DNA from: Macrostomum hystrix | Taxonomy: Eukaryota > Animalia > Platyhelminthes | Reading direction: 5' to 3' | DNA: 64,000 bases | Assembly (NCBI GenBank): GCA_950097015.1 | Contig: CATNEN010000015.1 | Coordinates: 682,001 to 746,000 of the forward strand | Shown: positions 45,043-59,800 of the stretch, piece after piece | Position numbering within the stretch: the stretch's first letter is position 1 | Layout: every line of letters starts with the position of its first letter | Position numbers and translations under genes: made by a program | Notes under the pieces: generated by a model | Databases searched by the model: none | What the model was told of the DNA's origin: nothing | What the model saw: only the letters and a program-made list of their open reading frames with translations

Positions 45043-47851
45043 TGTGCTGCAATGTGTTTCAAATTATGGTTGCCCAACTAGTTTAATGAAGAAATGGCTA
45101 TAAAACTGAAACTTGGGAAAAGCAAAATGATAATTAATATAGGCCTATATTACTTAAAAATCTGATTCAAATCTGATTCATGAAACAAAACTATCAAAAT
45201 GTGCAAAATTTTACTATGCCCAAGCCAGCAATGAAATTACTGGTTTTACTTAATAAGCAAGCCATATATATGGATAACCTAGTGTAACCCTAAAAAGTTA
45301 TTACACTTATACATCCCGAAAAAATAAGCATGAAATTATATAGATATGGCTAAAAGCTTTGTCTAACAAAGTAATAAAAGTGTTATTAATGTTCTTTTAT
45401 AACTTCATATTTACACATTTTTGTGTTAATTAAAAGAAATCTGACTAAATTTACTCAATCAGTGTAGAGCTATTTTAATAAATATTTTCTCCTAATTGTT
45501 TATATATGCAATGATATGTTGCAATTATATGCAATGTATTTAAATAAGAAACACACTCAATTCAAAAGAAAGTAATTATTGTGTTAAAAAATTGACTTTC
45601 AAGTCATTGCATCTTTTTATTTAACTAAATGAAAAAAAGATATTTTTTAAGGAAGAAGCCCATTCAGTTTTATAGTTGGAGTGACAGCTAAGACAATGTG
45701 CTGCATTGCAAGTTTATTTAAATTTACAACCAGCATAGGCTAGAGGTGCGAAGGAATGTGGCATATGGCATAATCAATAGACTTGCCAAACATTTGGCTT
45801 ATTGAGTTGGCTGGCTTGTTGCACTAAACCCACCTGAACTAGACAGAAATGAAGAGGTTACAATGGCACTTGCTGATCACATATTTTCAGGCTGCCTCAT
45901 TATAATAAAAAGTTTTTGTCTAGTTTTAAGCCTAGCTTACATTCAATAGAAGACCACATTTCTGTAGGTCAACCTAAACAACAACCAATAAATTAGCATG
46001 AAAATGAAATTTGCCAGCCAGCTATATAAATTTTGAATGTGACAAGCTATAGTAAAAATTATTTGACTTTCGCAGTCGCAATTGCTGCCGCTGCGCTGTC
46101 AACTACACATCTGGACTGGCCCAAATGGACCATGGTGGCAGGCTCGACAGGTGTAATTGATTAATATTACGGCTGCAAACGTAATAAATAAATATTTTAA
46201 TTAAGCAAAAAAGGAAATAATAAGGTAATTCTAAACACCTACTAAAACACAAATATGCTTAACGTCACTTTGCTTTGCATTCGCATTATCAAAAGCGAAA
46301 ACTCTTTCTTGGAAAGAGAAAAATTTAAATATGAACAAAATCTAAGAAACATAACAAAACACTTTTCAATGAATGACAAAAATCTTTATAAGCACACATT
46401 AAAAATTTCTTCTTTGAGTTCCTTTACGAACTTCTGACGTAAATTTTAAGAAATAAAACCTATAAGAAAATGCAATCGATTGATAGTAAACCAACTATTT
46501 TATTACAAATTTTGGCCAATGTGATAAAAGCGAGGGACCGGCCCATTCTGGTCAGTGGACGGGCCGTAAACTCCCGTCCACTTTTATATATTTATACTTC
46601 TATACCATATACTTCTATATTTAATGAAGCATTTTAATCGTTGCCCTAGTCTTTCAGTTTTATGATTTCGAGTACTTTTTAGATTAAAAATAGCCCAGCT
46701 GCTAGATCATTGCTAAACGTTGAAAGAGCTTCCGATAGAACGTTCAGAGATCTCACTCGTTGCATGTATCTTAGTCGAAGCACATTGTTTCAGAACAAAT
46801 TTATATACACTTTAGTGCATATGAATACAATAAAATGTACTGAATTTCGCTTTAAAAAGCATTTAAATACTTTTGAAAATAATTACGATGTTTTAAAAAT
46901 ATTAAAATATTATATTAAATATTAAATTACGACATCTTTCGTTGTAGCAGTACTTTTAAACAAAATGATTTTTACGTGCAAGTATGGCAGCTACACATAA
47001 TAAGAAATGCGTGTACATGGTAAGTAAATATATTTGATATTGTTTTTATTAGATAATTACTTTTATTTTTAGCAGTACAAGCAATTGCGTAGCGATTTGA
47101 AAGGTTTTCGTTTTTCGTTTTCGTGGTGTTTCGCCGCTTGAGCTTGTCTTCCCGCTCGTTTCACAAGCATATTTTAATATTTTACGTAGAAACTAGTGTC
47201 ATGTAGTTTAAGATTAAGCTACACGTTTAAGCGACTCCAGATATGGAGAAAAATACACATCTGAAACTGTATCTTGGTAAGTCTTTTTGGTATTTTTGGC
47301 ACTATTTTGTGACAGATAAATCGTAGAAAAATCTGTAAAGCCAATTTAACCACTCAGAAGTATATTTTATGTATAAGTAAATTTTTCAATACTTAAAAAA
47401 ACATACATTTGTTTTGGATTGGCAAGACTAAAATTCTTACCATGAATCTGATATTATACTAGATGTATATTAGCCATAGATAACCAACGGCATTGTGTGA
47501 GCTTTTCAGCATAGCTAACTTAGCTCACAACTCACAATTAAGGTGACGGCAACTAGAAGATCTTAGGTAGGTCTTCTGGTACAATCTGTCTGCTCGGTTG
47601 CCAGAATGTATCAGGAGAACTTATCCAAGATGTCTGGATTTCAAGATGTCTGTCTCGATTAAGTAAAGAGTAATATTGTTAGATATATTAAACAGCTAAT
47701 GTTAGTCAAAACTGCCAGAAATAAATTCAAATAGACAATTTAACAAAAATACAAAAGTACATCAGTAAACTGATCCATTCTACTCGACTTCAAAACTGAT
47801 CTTACATTTTATTCTTTCATTCAACTTTATTTAGTTTTAGCTTTTCCTCAG
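45043..47851. promoter_or_regulatory. AT-rich divergent intergenic region; putative shared promoter region of the ZNFX1-PARP and RNF213-like genes
   Basis: Lies between the ZNFX1-like ATG (45042,-) and the first RNF213-like exon I can place (47852,+). No specific elements were identified, and it may contain 5' exons of the RNF213-like gene. Confidence 0.4.
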
Positions 47852-50800
47852 TGTTCATCAGAGGAGGCTGAATCTATCAAGCAATTCGTCAATGAACGCC
47901 AAGAGAAGCTTGTTTCTGTAGTCTGTGATTTCATGGGCCGATATGCAACCATAGAAAGACATTCACTCGAATGTCGCCCAATAAATGATCGACAAGTCCG
48001 GTTTGGAATTTTTTTTGAAGTTTCATTTGCGAGTGCCCAAACTGCTGCAGAATTTTGCAAGCTGTGGACTCAACCTGAATTCAAGGATTCCATTTTGAAG
48101 CTTCAGGAATCTGCTAATGCTCAGTTGGATGGAAGGTTGCTCTCTACTATCTACTTTAATCCAAATCAACTGCAGAAGTGAGTTTCCTTTTTCTATGATT
48201 GATATTTTTACTTAGCTTTCCTAGCTCTTACTTAAATACTTAGTTATGTATATAATGTACTTAAGGTTTGATAAAGGGTATTATTTTCACCAGTGAAAAA
48301 TTTTGTTCTACAGAGGGTCAAGCTGCGATATTGGAAGGCTTTTTCATTTCTAATTGACAATTTCCACTTCCGATTTGTTTACCAGTGCCCTCGCGACAGC
48401 AGGAAATGAAGCAGCCTTCAGTTCTAATGCTGACAATCCGACAGGCCAGACTGGGCCTCAGAATCCGACAGGCCAGACTGGGCCTCAGAATCCGACAGGC
48501 CAGACTGGGCCCTTAAATCCGACAGGCCAGACTGGGCCCTTAAATCCGACAGGCCAGACTGGGCCTCAGAATCCGACAGGCCAGACTGGGCCCTTAAATC
48601 CGACAGGCCAGACTGGGCCCTTAAATCCGACAGGCCAGACTGGGCCTCAGAATCCGACAGGCCAGACTGGGCCTCAGAATCCAACAGGCCAGACTGGGCC
48701 TCAGAATCCGACAGGCCAGACTGGGCCTCAGAATCCGACAGGCCAGACTGCAAGGCCTAATTCAGGCTCATCGAATGTTACTGCGCACGGAGATCACAGA
48801 TTTGGTGGTCGAAAGGTTAGTAGAAAAGGTATCTATTATCAGTAGGACTACCAAGCCATTTTGCCGCCCGTTTTTATACCAAGGGGGTTTTTTGGCTGAA
48901 AATGTTTTTGCCAGCGCCTGAATGCTTTGGGGGTGACTGATTGGTTGACAGACTAGTCGAGGGTGTCCTATGGTTGAGCTGCGCCTAATAGTTAGGCTTG
49001 AACAGTGAAATTGGAGAAATTCGCGTCAGGGTGTCCATAGTGGCCTAGTTCCACCTGTTGTAGCTCTTGAAGGTCTAGATAGATAAGAGAGATAGATCTA
49101 GATAAAGGTCGGTGACCGCAGGAGTCGGAGATGATGCAGGCACATTCGGGTGACATGCTGATAAAGTTTGAAGGTCTGGAAAGGCTGCACTGAGGCGCAG
49201 TGCAAATTCGTGTATAGGGGTGTGTGAAATACACTAGCTCTGATGGGAAAAAGAAAAATCGTACCTTCGGCCAGAAACATTGAATATCTCGAATGTCTGA
49301 AGAGCTGGCGACTTGTTTCTTGTTTCAGAAGATGCGCAACAAAAAGTTGGCCCGTGTTCTTGAGTTGTGGGATTGCATTGCTCTGTTCGGGTGCAACAAA
49401 AATTATTGTCAGGGGGCTGAATTCCCCTCCCTTGGTAGAAAAACGGGCGGCAAAATGGCTTGGTAGTCCTACTGTTAATTTTGTCGTTCAAAATCAATCA
49501 ATATCAATATAGATAAATCCTCACATTGTTTGGGCTTGAATTATTTGGTGAAAAAGATAAAAGGCGTGAAATGATTCAATTCAACTATAAGTCGTCCTTG
49601 TACATGCGCTATAGGGTCGGAGTATCTTTTTAAGCGATGAAAACATTTTTGTCTTTTCAGTCCGCTGTTTTCGAAGAAGAATATCAGAGTATGCCGCCAA
49701 ACATTCGCCAGTTCTATGTAAGTAATCATAAAAAAGATTTTATTTTCAGTCAAATAAATATTTTTAAGGAATTGCAACTTTCACACAAAAACTGTTCTTG
49801 TAGACGAGGCGGGTCTTCTGCATTCAGATTGCCCAATTTTTTCATCTACAACCGAATATTCATGATTATGAGCTCCTCAGAGGATTGAATGGCCAAGTCT
49901 TTGTAACAGCGAATGGCTTGCTGCCGGATATGATATGGCCTATTAATATTTCGTCGCTTGTGCGATCGTTAATTGCTGTCTTCTACACAGAGTCGTCCGT
50001 AAAAAATGTGGATTTGCAAATCGGGCTATCTTTTCTACAAAATAATGAAAATATGGCTGCCTTTCAATCGCTACTCTTTGCAAAGGAGATTAAAGGACAG
50101 TTGGAAAAAGGTTTTCTTCAACAGGTCGACTCACACGATACATTCGGATTGTTGGAGCGGAAGTCGCATGTTGTGAATTTGAAGCAGGAGCCTACGATGC
50201 ACTTCATTTGTTTTGGATATTGCAACCGATTTCTGCCCAATTCATATGTCTTCTGGAACTTTTTTGCGAACCATCTAACCACGTGTGCACTGACTCTGAG
50301 CAGTGATGTCCAGACAATTGATTTCGAGCTGTGTCTGGATGCTCTTAAAAGTCACATTGCTGATACTGATAATGACTTCAAGCAAAGAAATAAGCCAATG
50401 AACGTTGGAGCATCTGTGGAAATGCTGGCAAAGGTTTTGACGAAGCACATGATACAGTTCATTCACTTTTATAACTGGCCTCTAAGCGAATCTGCATGTT
50501 TGCTTTACGTATGCATTCTGCTGCATGCCAATAAAATTGAAAGCGACCAGTTCAAAAACTACGGAGGAAAGGCACAGTTACCATTTTTAGGCGTCCTGAA
50601 CAAGGCACTCACATTATCAAGTGAAAAGCACGCAACGACTTTCATGCAAGCTGCAGGCGACAACCCAGTAGGTTTCGTATCTCTGCTGAAAAACATGAAA
50701 GCTTTCAACTGCCCTGAAACTGTTAAGCTGCTTCAATATTTTCTTGATCGCTTCGATGCAAAATCGCCTATCTTTAATGCCATTCTGGATGATTCCGAAA

Positions 50801-53800
50801 CGATGAAATGCGTTAGTATAATCGAAAAAGTTAGGCTGTTTGTCAAGGCCGAACGAGAGCTGGATCTCGACAAGATTTTGCCGCATGTTACTAAGCTCGC
50901 TGAGATCCCTAAACTGCTTGAGGCTGTATCACAATTAGATTCTAATATTCAAGATGACTTCAAATGCTGCATTCGGGCAAAGGCTGTCGATGTACTTTTT
51001 GCAGAAATAGATCTCGACAATCATCTACGCATTGGTGTTCATGAGTGGCAGCAGATTAATGAATTTATGGACACATGTGGATTTGCTGAAGATCAGAGAA
51101 AAATTGTGTGCGATGCTGTAAAAGCTGCGTGCATGAAAACCCTTTCTGTAGATTCGCCTTTGCAGGCCAGGGAAGAGTTTCAAAAGTCTGTCGCCACCTT
51201 TCTGAATGAATGCAGATTCATTGCCAGCCCTGATGAGGCTATCGAAGTTCTGAGCACTATATTTGAGTTGCAAAAGTCGCCAAAGCTGAAAACGTTTTTG
51301 GCAGAGCAGCTAAACGACCTAAAGGTTGTAAAACTTGCTTTACAAGAATCGAAGAGAGAAGCACTTGAGGTAGTCTTCACAAAAGCATTAAATCTGCTTG
51401 AAGCAAAAGGGAAGCAGGCTAACGACAAAGAAACGAAAAAATGCTGTGTTGTTCAAGACTTGCAGCTACAAATGGAGAGCGCCAAAAACACTGAGGGCCT
51501 GCAGCCACTGTGGCTTGAGGCTTTTAGAAGCTTTACTTTACAGCCACGTTGTGCAACTAAAGAGTACCTTACTGCAATCTGGCATGATTTGAAACAGCTA
51601 AGCGATCGCCCTGACGTAACAGAGCTCTTTGAAGTTTTCTATGAGAGTTGCCTCAGCCATTTGGAGAATCAGCAAACGACAAGACAAGTGGGAGACTTCC
51701 TGCTGGAAATTGATTTCGGAGAAGTATTGCAACCAACAAAGTAAGCAACTGTTCTTCACCTGCAATCCTTACCTGCAAGATGATTTTTTTAACTCAGTGT
51801 TTTAGACAGTTAGTTTTTCTCTGCACACTTTTTCTATTCTTGCGCTTTTATTCAGTTTGTAAGTACATAGACATTAAAATGATATTAAGGGCAGCAGGAA
51901 GTGACACATCTGTTGATGACACTAGACCCGCAGCCAGCGAGAAGGCAACTCTGCCCATTCTGCTAACTCCTGAGCACATACGCTCACAGATACCGTACTC
52001 AGGCACACGCTCATACAGGTGTGTACGAGCGTACATCTGCCCTGACTTTCTCATCGTCAGGCAGTGTACAATTCACCGTGCCTTGGTGGTCGGCCCTCAT
52101 GGTCGTAATTTGAATGACAAGCCCCCAAGCCTTCTTTCCGCGGCTGCGCCCCAAATGAATCGAGCTCAGGGACCTTGGTGCGGGAGGCAAACGCAAATCA
52201 CAGCTCTGCCACTCACCCGCCTACATGCACACGTTTGCTTACTAAACAGTATAAAGTGTCAGACTCCAAAAAATTGTTCGATTATCATAACATTTGCATT
52301 TCACAGGACTACTCGACTTCTTCAACAAGCCGTTTTTTCCTATCTGATCAACACTAAGGTTGCGCACCAGTCCAACCAACTAGAAGACAGACTTTTGACT
52401 ATGTTGAAATGCCCTACGGCCTGGTGTTGGTTGGAGGCTACGAGGGAACACAGCGAAGACATGGAAAGATTACTCGACTGCGAAAACATGCAGCAGTTAA
52501 AAAGCTGGCTGAGTAAACTTAAAGCAATGGAATTCACAGTGCCCCAGCTTGAAACTTTGAAGGCAAAGTTCAAAGATGAGCTTCTGAACATGTTTGATCG
52601 CTTCCTCAGTGCGTGCCGGATTTCAGAAGATCGCGGGATAAAAAGTCTGATTGACAAGATGACTGAGACGAGCGACAGGTACCAAGCTGACGTGGAAAAT
52701 GCAAAGAAAGTACTTGATTGGCTGTCCTCTTTCAGTGAAACGCTTGACGATTTACAAGTTTATCAGAATAGATTCAAGGACACTACTTCAGAAGTATGCA
52801 ACTGCATAAATCTAATGGCAGGACACAACCTTTTTAAATGTGTCTTTCAAGAGTATTACTCCATTTCTCGTGAGCTAAGTGACCTCTTAGAGTCGACAGT
52901 TTTCACTGCAATTTACTCAAGCAGATGTTTTGATGTTACTGAAAGCGTTAGTGAAGTGTTTGGAATAGTTAAACCTGCAATTTCGCAGTACAAGAAATTT
53001 TTGCAAGAAACCATCTCATACAAGAGACTTTCGGATGTTCAAGGGAAATTTTCCCCCGACACAGACATCGATTCCGAACAAAATCTTGCTCGCAGGTTTC
53101 TCGACCAGGAGCCTGAAGCCCTGATGGATACAGCTTTGGTTGAAAATTTAATGCACCTAAAGACATGGAAGCTGTATTGCGATCTGCTTTTAAAGTCGCC
53201 ATTGCGGCATCTTTGTGAAAATCCCGTGCTGCAGGCTAGTAAGCATTATTTAGAAAACTGTGCCGATGATGCGCTCGTGACTGATTTTAATGAGGCGGCT
53301 CTCCAACTTAAACAAATGTGTTTGCCTCTCTCAACAAATCATTGGAACATTCTCACAGCCCTGTGTGATAGAAAGGAATTATTTGAATTTCTAATTGCCC
53401 AGATCAACTCTGACTTTCAACAGCTTTTTGATGCGGCCAACGATGAAGACTCAGAGGAAGTCAGCTTCTCACACATCAATGCTCTCATAAAGCTTCAAGA
53501 AATGTTCAGGCTTCTCATTAATAAAGTGCAGACTGGCGAAGGCATGATGAAGAACAAAACAACAATGGAGGAGCTAGCGATGGCCCTTGATTTTGGTATT
53601 GAATGCTCAGATCAGGAGACCCCAGACGGACGAGCCAAAGACGCAATAGATTACATCGAGATCTGCCACAGCCATCTCAGAGCGATTCAGGCTTTGCACG
53701 ACAGCCTATCGTCTCGTGGCGACTCTTCTAGAAAGCAAGCCCTAACCTTGGTCCAGTGCTTGGATGATGAGAAACTTGATTTTGCGATCGAAATTAGCGA

Positions 53801-56800
53801 CAGTGAATCTACGTGCACATTGATGGATGTTGAAGTACTCGAGGACTGGCCATTGGCTAAATTAATTGAGCACAGATGTCGAGTGCTGATGATCCTGGGA
53901 TCTTCGTATTCCCTTGTCGATGAAAACGACCGCATCCAGTTAAAAATATTTGTGGAAATAGTAGACGTACTGGAGAAGGTAAGTGATTCCATAAATCAAA
54001 TATCTGGTATTTCATTTATGTAAAAATCAAATAGGATTTTTAGGACTATTTAAGACACTAAGCTAGCGAGCTTTTACGAGCCCTGATTCTAACCCGAAGA
54101 TCCAGATTCTCGTTATAAATCAGTAGACTTTTTGTTTGCGCCTTTTATTAATTTTAAGTATTTTTTTACAATTAAGAACCTCTAACTAAATTTCGTAAAA
54201 TATTGCATGCAATAAATTTCTAATCCCCAGGTTTTTCTACTGTACACAAAGCTCCGCGCAGTTGGCCATCCACTTCACAACGAAGCTAGTGTTCAGGGCT
54301 CTGCGAAAGGTTTGAAAGATCGCGAGGGTGAGTGTCGCCAGCATCTGGAGACTTGGGAGGCTGTGCTGCGTGATGCGAGGCAGAGGAAACCTCTACTGAA
54401 CTATTTGTTTGGAGCCAACCTGCTCTGCGTGCACCACCATTTTCTAACGCACTCGCGTGACATTGATATCAAGCCCATTCTTCGCTTCATGAATCTGAAT
54501 GCTGAGAGCGGCGTCAGGCAGTCGCAGGTTCAGTTTAGCTTGGACCAGGTCCGGAAAATGCAGATTAAAGAGCAAAAGGAATGCCTAATGAATCATCTGA
54601 TGTCACTGGCTGACGAGCTGGCTAAGCTGGATGGCCTGCCTGACCACCAGCTTTACTGTGCGCAGCATCTGCCCAGTTCGCCACTGTGTGTTCAGCAAGG
54701 GCGACTCATGGTCTTACGAGTCGATCCGAGCCACGAGCCGCATTCTATCAGAGCGTTTCTCAGTGTCTGGCGTCACTCTCAGGTAATTTCTAATTGCTGA
54801 AAGGAACGAACCTACATGAGAAGTCCATTTGGGTGTCCATACTAAACATATTTCATTTGTATTGTTTGTTTACTTGATATAGTGTTCTAGTGCATTTAAA
54901 GTCACCGTATTTATTGCCCTACATTCATGTAGGCTTTCAGGATAGATGTAGAGTTTATTTAATTTACATTCTACGCTATAAGTTGATTTGTTTTGCAATA
55001 AGCTTGAATCACCAATCCTTGCAGTCCTACAAGCCGCAACCATCAGAGATTTTATTCTGTTCTGCGGACACCGCCGAGGAAGAAATCTCTCTTATCCTGC
55101 GCCGATGCGCTCAGAGTCGTGACAGAGTTCACTACATCATCTGTACAGAGCTGCTCAGTCAGCGACTGCTCAACCACCTGGCTGCTGGAATTCTCTACCT
55201 GTGCGATGCAGGCAACCTTGGGCGCCTGGCTGTGTTCTGCCGAGCTGCCATCAATCACCGACTGCTCGGAATCTTCAGGGACCAGTGTCAACAGCTGCAG
55301 CCGGAATGGGACTCGAATTCACAACTTTCTGAGTCACTCGGCGCCATCTGTGACAACTCTGTCACTGTTGTTCGATCTGAGAGGGCCGGCTGTGGCAAAA
55401 CGGAGATGGTGCGCAGGCTGGCTGCCGACACGGAGAGCAGTCTGAGGTGCGTTCACGTCAGCGGCAGAGTCAATAAGCTTGATCTCGTGGCGAGGCTTCG
55501 TGATCTGGATGAAACTCACCTGCTGCATCTGGACATTGGTTGGGTTGAGGATGCTGGTGGACTAGAGACTTTGCTGTTTGAGGCCCTGCTTACTGGAATG
55601 CTTTGCCACTCCAGCAGACCGTTGATTTTCAAGCCTGGTCGAGTTGTCATCGAGTTGGCAAACAGCGCTAACGATGAGTTGGCAGAGCAGTTCGTACTAT
55701 TCAACCGTCTGCCGTCACGGCATGTGGTGATGATTCGATGGCAAAGCCTGGATGACCTTCTGGTATCGCGCGAGCCAAGGAGCCCAGTTCAGATGGTTGC
55801 GAAGTACAAGCAAGCTCTTGACTTAAGAAGCCTAGACTCTACAGAAGTTTCATTGGACAATGTACTGGAACCTGATGAATGCCGCCGCTGGTTGAAGCGC
55901 GCACTGGACCCCTTGGAAGAGCAGTCCTACCTGACTGTAACAGCCACTCTTCGAGTTTTGGCGGATCAGCTGAAGAAGCTGTCCTCGAGTGCTTTCTTCA
56001 AGATCTCCGGTGTTGCAGAAACGTTTGGCCGCAACGCGTCGCCAACAATCAGATCAGATCTGGTTCGGCTTCTTTTTACCTCAGTTTTGCGGCTGATGTG
56101 CCGATCGGTGGCCCCGTCTAAAGCGAAGCAAGCCAAGTCTAAGCTGGGCGAGTTTGGCTCGGATGAATCAGTGAAGCGATTTGAAGGCTTCCTAAGCTGG
56201 GAGTCCTTCGATCACCTGTCACCGGTGTTTCAGAAGCAGGACATTGCCGCAGTGGAGTTGGTTTATCGCAGTTTACGCGATGTTCCCGATGAAATCCGTC
56301 GTCTGTTCGAGCGGAATATGAGCGCAGGCCGCCTTGTTGACTACGCTGAGATGAAGCAGGCGAAGCTGCTAGAGAAGCTAGTGCGGATCGCTGGCCGCGG
56401 GAATCCTGGACACCGTCCACCGGGACTGTCGGAAGAAGACGACGACGAGCGTGGCGGGAGCGGGTTGTATGCCATCACGGCCGACAACTTTCTGAAGATG
56501 GTTCTCATCAGTCTCCGCATCGACTGCGATGTTCCTGTGCTGATTATTGGAGAGACTGGTTGTGGAAAAACTAGCTTGGTTCGATTCTTGAGCAAGGTGA
56601 GTCTTCAGTCTCACAATTCAGCTGTCTGTACTATGCGTAAGTTTTTCAATATTCAACAAATTTTCACATTTTTTTCGCGAACAGGTTCACGAAGCTCGCC
56701 TAATAGTGCTAAACTTTCACGCGGGCACAACGCAGGAGCGGATAGTCGATGCGGTGAAGAGGGCTGCCAATGAGGCCAGGAATCTGATTTTACAGCGCAG

Positions 56801-59800
56801 AGAAGGTGAAAAGCTGCGGGACACAAAGTCCGTATGGATGTTTTTAGACGAAATCAACACCTGCGACCACCTGGGCATGCTGAAGGAGCTCATCTGTCAC
56901 AGACGCCTGCTAGGGGCTCCGCTGCCCCCCAATCTTCGCTTCTTGGCCGCTTCAAATCCCTACAGGCTAAGGGACCCGGAGGCTGCCCTGACCGCCGGAT
57001 TCCGGCTAGCCGAGAGGGAGCACGACCGGATGAGGCACCTGGTTTACCGGGTGAACCCCCTCCCAGAGTCCATCCTGGACCTCGTTTGGGACTTTGGTCG
57101 GCTGCAGGATGCGGATGAGATGGAGTACATTAAGCGGATGCTTCGAGACCAGCTGCCGGAGATGCAGACTCAGTTACTGGAAACTTTAGCCACGGCGGTG
57201 TGTAGATCCCAGCGTTTCATTCGGCTGCTGGAGAAGACGGAGTACGCAATCAGCCTCCGGGATGTTCGTCGTTGCTGCGAGTTCATTGCCTTTTTCCGCT
57301 GGTTCTACGACCTAAAGGACAAGGAGTGCGGGAAGATGCCCAGAGCTAACCCTCATCGGCAGCATCACCCTCATCTGCCGCTAATCATGTCGCTGTACGT
57401 CTGCTATTATGTGCGCATCCGCTCTGCAGCCAAGCGGACTGAATACGCGAATACCATCTTGTCCCTCCTGGCTGCTGAGGCTGAGGTAAGAATGCACGAG
57501 TAATATTTTTATCGGAATGGAATCTATACGTCCATTTCGGGCAAACGCTTTTGACGGCTAGCATTTTGTGAGGTTTTAGTTTCTGTTTACATGTAATTTA
57601 CAAGTAGTTCCTGTTGCCTTGTAGTCAGATTGTATACATTGAGTATTTTCGAATACCTAGTTCAGTCTATGAGTTCTTACTCTCTTTGAGAACAAGATTT
57701 TTTTAGTTACCTAATGCAGAGACCGTCAGGACCAGACTGTTAAACAGTTTCATCTTGCGCACACCTGGGAGATCTGCACTGTTTGAGCGTTCTAGATGTT
57801 CTAGACCCGTTAGAGTCTCCCGGAGATTCTCTTAACCGGTAAAGTCTGATACATTTCCCGTCCCATCCCAGGACATTATTCGCAAGGATCAAGAGGACAT
57901 CATAGGTCGCATGGCGCTGCCAGAAAACGTGGCCCGCAACGCAGCCCTGTTGGAGAATGTGTTCATCCTGCTGTGCTGCGTGTACAACAAGGTTCCAGTG
58001 TTCCTGGTCGGCAAGCCCGGCTGCTCCAAGAGCCTCGCAGTGACGCTCCTCCGAAGCAACCTGCGTGGCCGCGACTCCGGCGACCCATTCTTCAAGGCGC
58101 TGCCCGCCCTGCGCTTCTTTTGCTACCAGGGCTCGGAGGCCTCCACTTCGGACGGCATCTACAAGCTGTTCCAAAGGGCCACCCAGAAGGCACACGAAGA
58201 GTCTAAAGAGGAATACCGGTGAGAGAAGAACTGATTTGAAGTAGGATGTCTTTTCTTAGCTGGTTACCCGTACTGTAATTAATAGAAATGACACCTTACC
58301 CGAGTGGGTCAGATGTGCAGTCAGTCGCACAGCCGACTCTTCAAAGGTTCAGTCTGTACAGCTGTTCAGTCCATGGATGCGAGCCACCACACTCTCACCC
58401 ATTTTGCAGCTGGGGGAATTCAAGCACTGGGGAATTTAAGTGTCTTGCTTAAACAAAAATTCTCTTGGGCTGAGATTCGAACTTGCAACCTCTCGGTCTC
58501 CTCCAATCACTGGGCTACTCCTCAGCATCCGTGCGCACACTCCTCAGCTTTTCTTTGTCATTCCGCAGCTACGTAGTTCTGCTTGACGAGATTGGGTTGG
58601 CCGAGAAGTCGCGCCACAATCCGCTGAAGGTGCTCCACAGCCTGCTGGAGCCGGAGGAATCCGAGTTCACCTGCAAGGCTCGCGTAGCCGTTCTCGGTCT
58701 CTCCAACTGGGCGCTGGACCCGGCCAAGATGAACAGGGCGGTGCACATCTCCCGGCCTGAAATGACCTCTGATGAGCTGCTCATCACTGGCACCGCCATC
58801 GTGCTGGAGGGCAGTGAAAAGCAGGGCGAAGGCAATGCTGGTGGTCGAATCGACAAGGACGATATGGAGAAAATTGCTACGGCCTGTCATGCGTACTTCA
58901 GCGAACAGCCTGAAGAGGACTTCCACGGACTGAGGGATTACTATTACCTGGTGAAGTTCCTGGCCAAGGAGAAGCTCAACATGCAGCTGAACAAGCTGGG
59001 CATCTTGAGCCGCGGCCTTGTGCGCAACTTCTCCGGGCTAAAGCAGCCGTATTTTCTCGAACACTTTGTGTGCGAGTACTCTGGCCTGGACTCTGCTTAC
59101 TCAGAAATGATTAGCCAGATGGACAAGGTAGGACGTGACCAGCCATTTGTTGCACACACCTACTGGTTCATTATTAGCATTAATTACTCTAGCCGTCAAA
59201 CCTGTCATAAAAATAACAAACGAAAAGCACTGAAATCATTGTTTTGTGGCCAGAGAGGAACATTTTGCGCTTATGATATTTATATGTTTTTATTTTACTC
59301 CGATTTTAAGGTGTCAGTGCTGATGGAAAGCCTGTCCGATAAGTCAGCACGCCACTTAATGCTGATCACGGACACTGACAGAGACCTGGACCTGCTGGCT
59401 CACGTGCTGCAGCAGAAGGCCCGCCGTTTCCGAGTGCTTCACGGTAGCACTTATGAGCGGGACCAGCTAAGCGAGCAGTTCGCGCTGCGAAAGCTGCACG
59501 AGGTGATGATGTGCATGGAGAACGGCATAGTCGTGCTGTTCAAGGACTTCGAGCTCGTCTATGGCAGCCTGTACGACATGCTGAACCAGAACTACTCAGA
59601 GTACAACAAGCGCCGCTACTGCCGCGTTGCTATGGGAACTCAGGCCAACAAGAACTGCTCTGTGGACGATGCCTTCCGCTGCGTGGTGCTAGTGAGGGCG
59701 GACACCCTCGAGCGCGTGGACAGGGCCTTTCTCAACCGCTTCGAGAAGCAGACCTTCGGCTTCGGAGATGTGCTCAACGCTGACCAGATGCGAGCTGCCA

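Noticed and set aside
51780-52306. N-terminal ~175 aa of the 747-aa ORF
   Set aside because: Intronic and largely a SINE copy. The real exon starts at the tcacag acceptor (52307) in the phase required by the 51741 donor.
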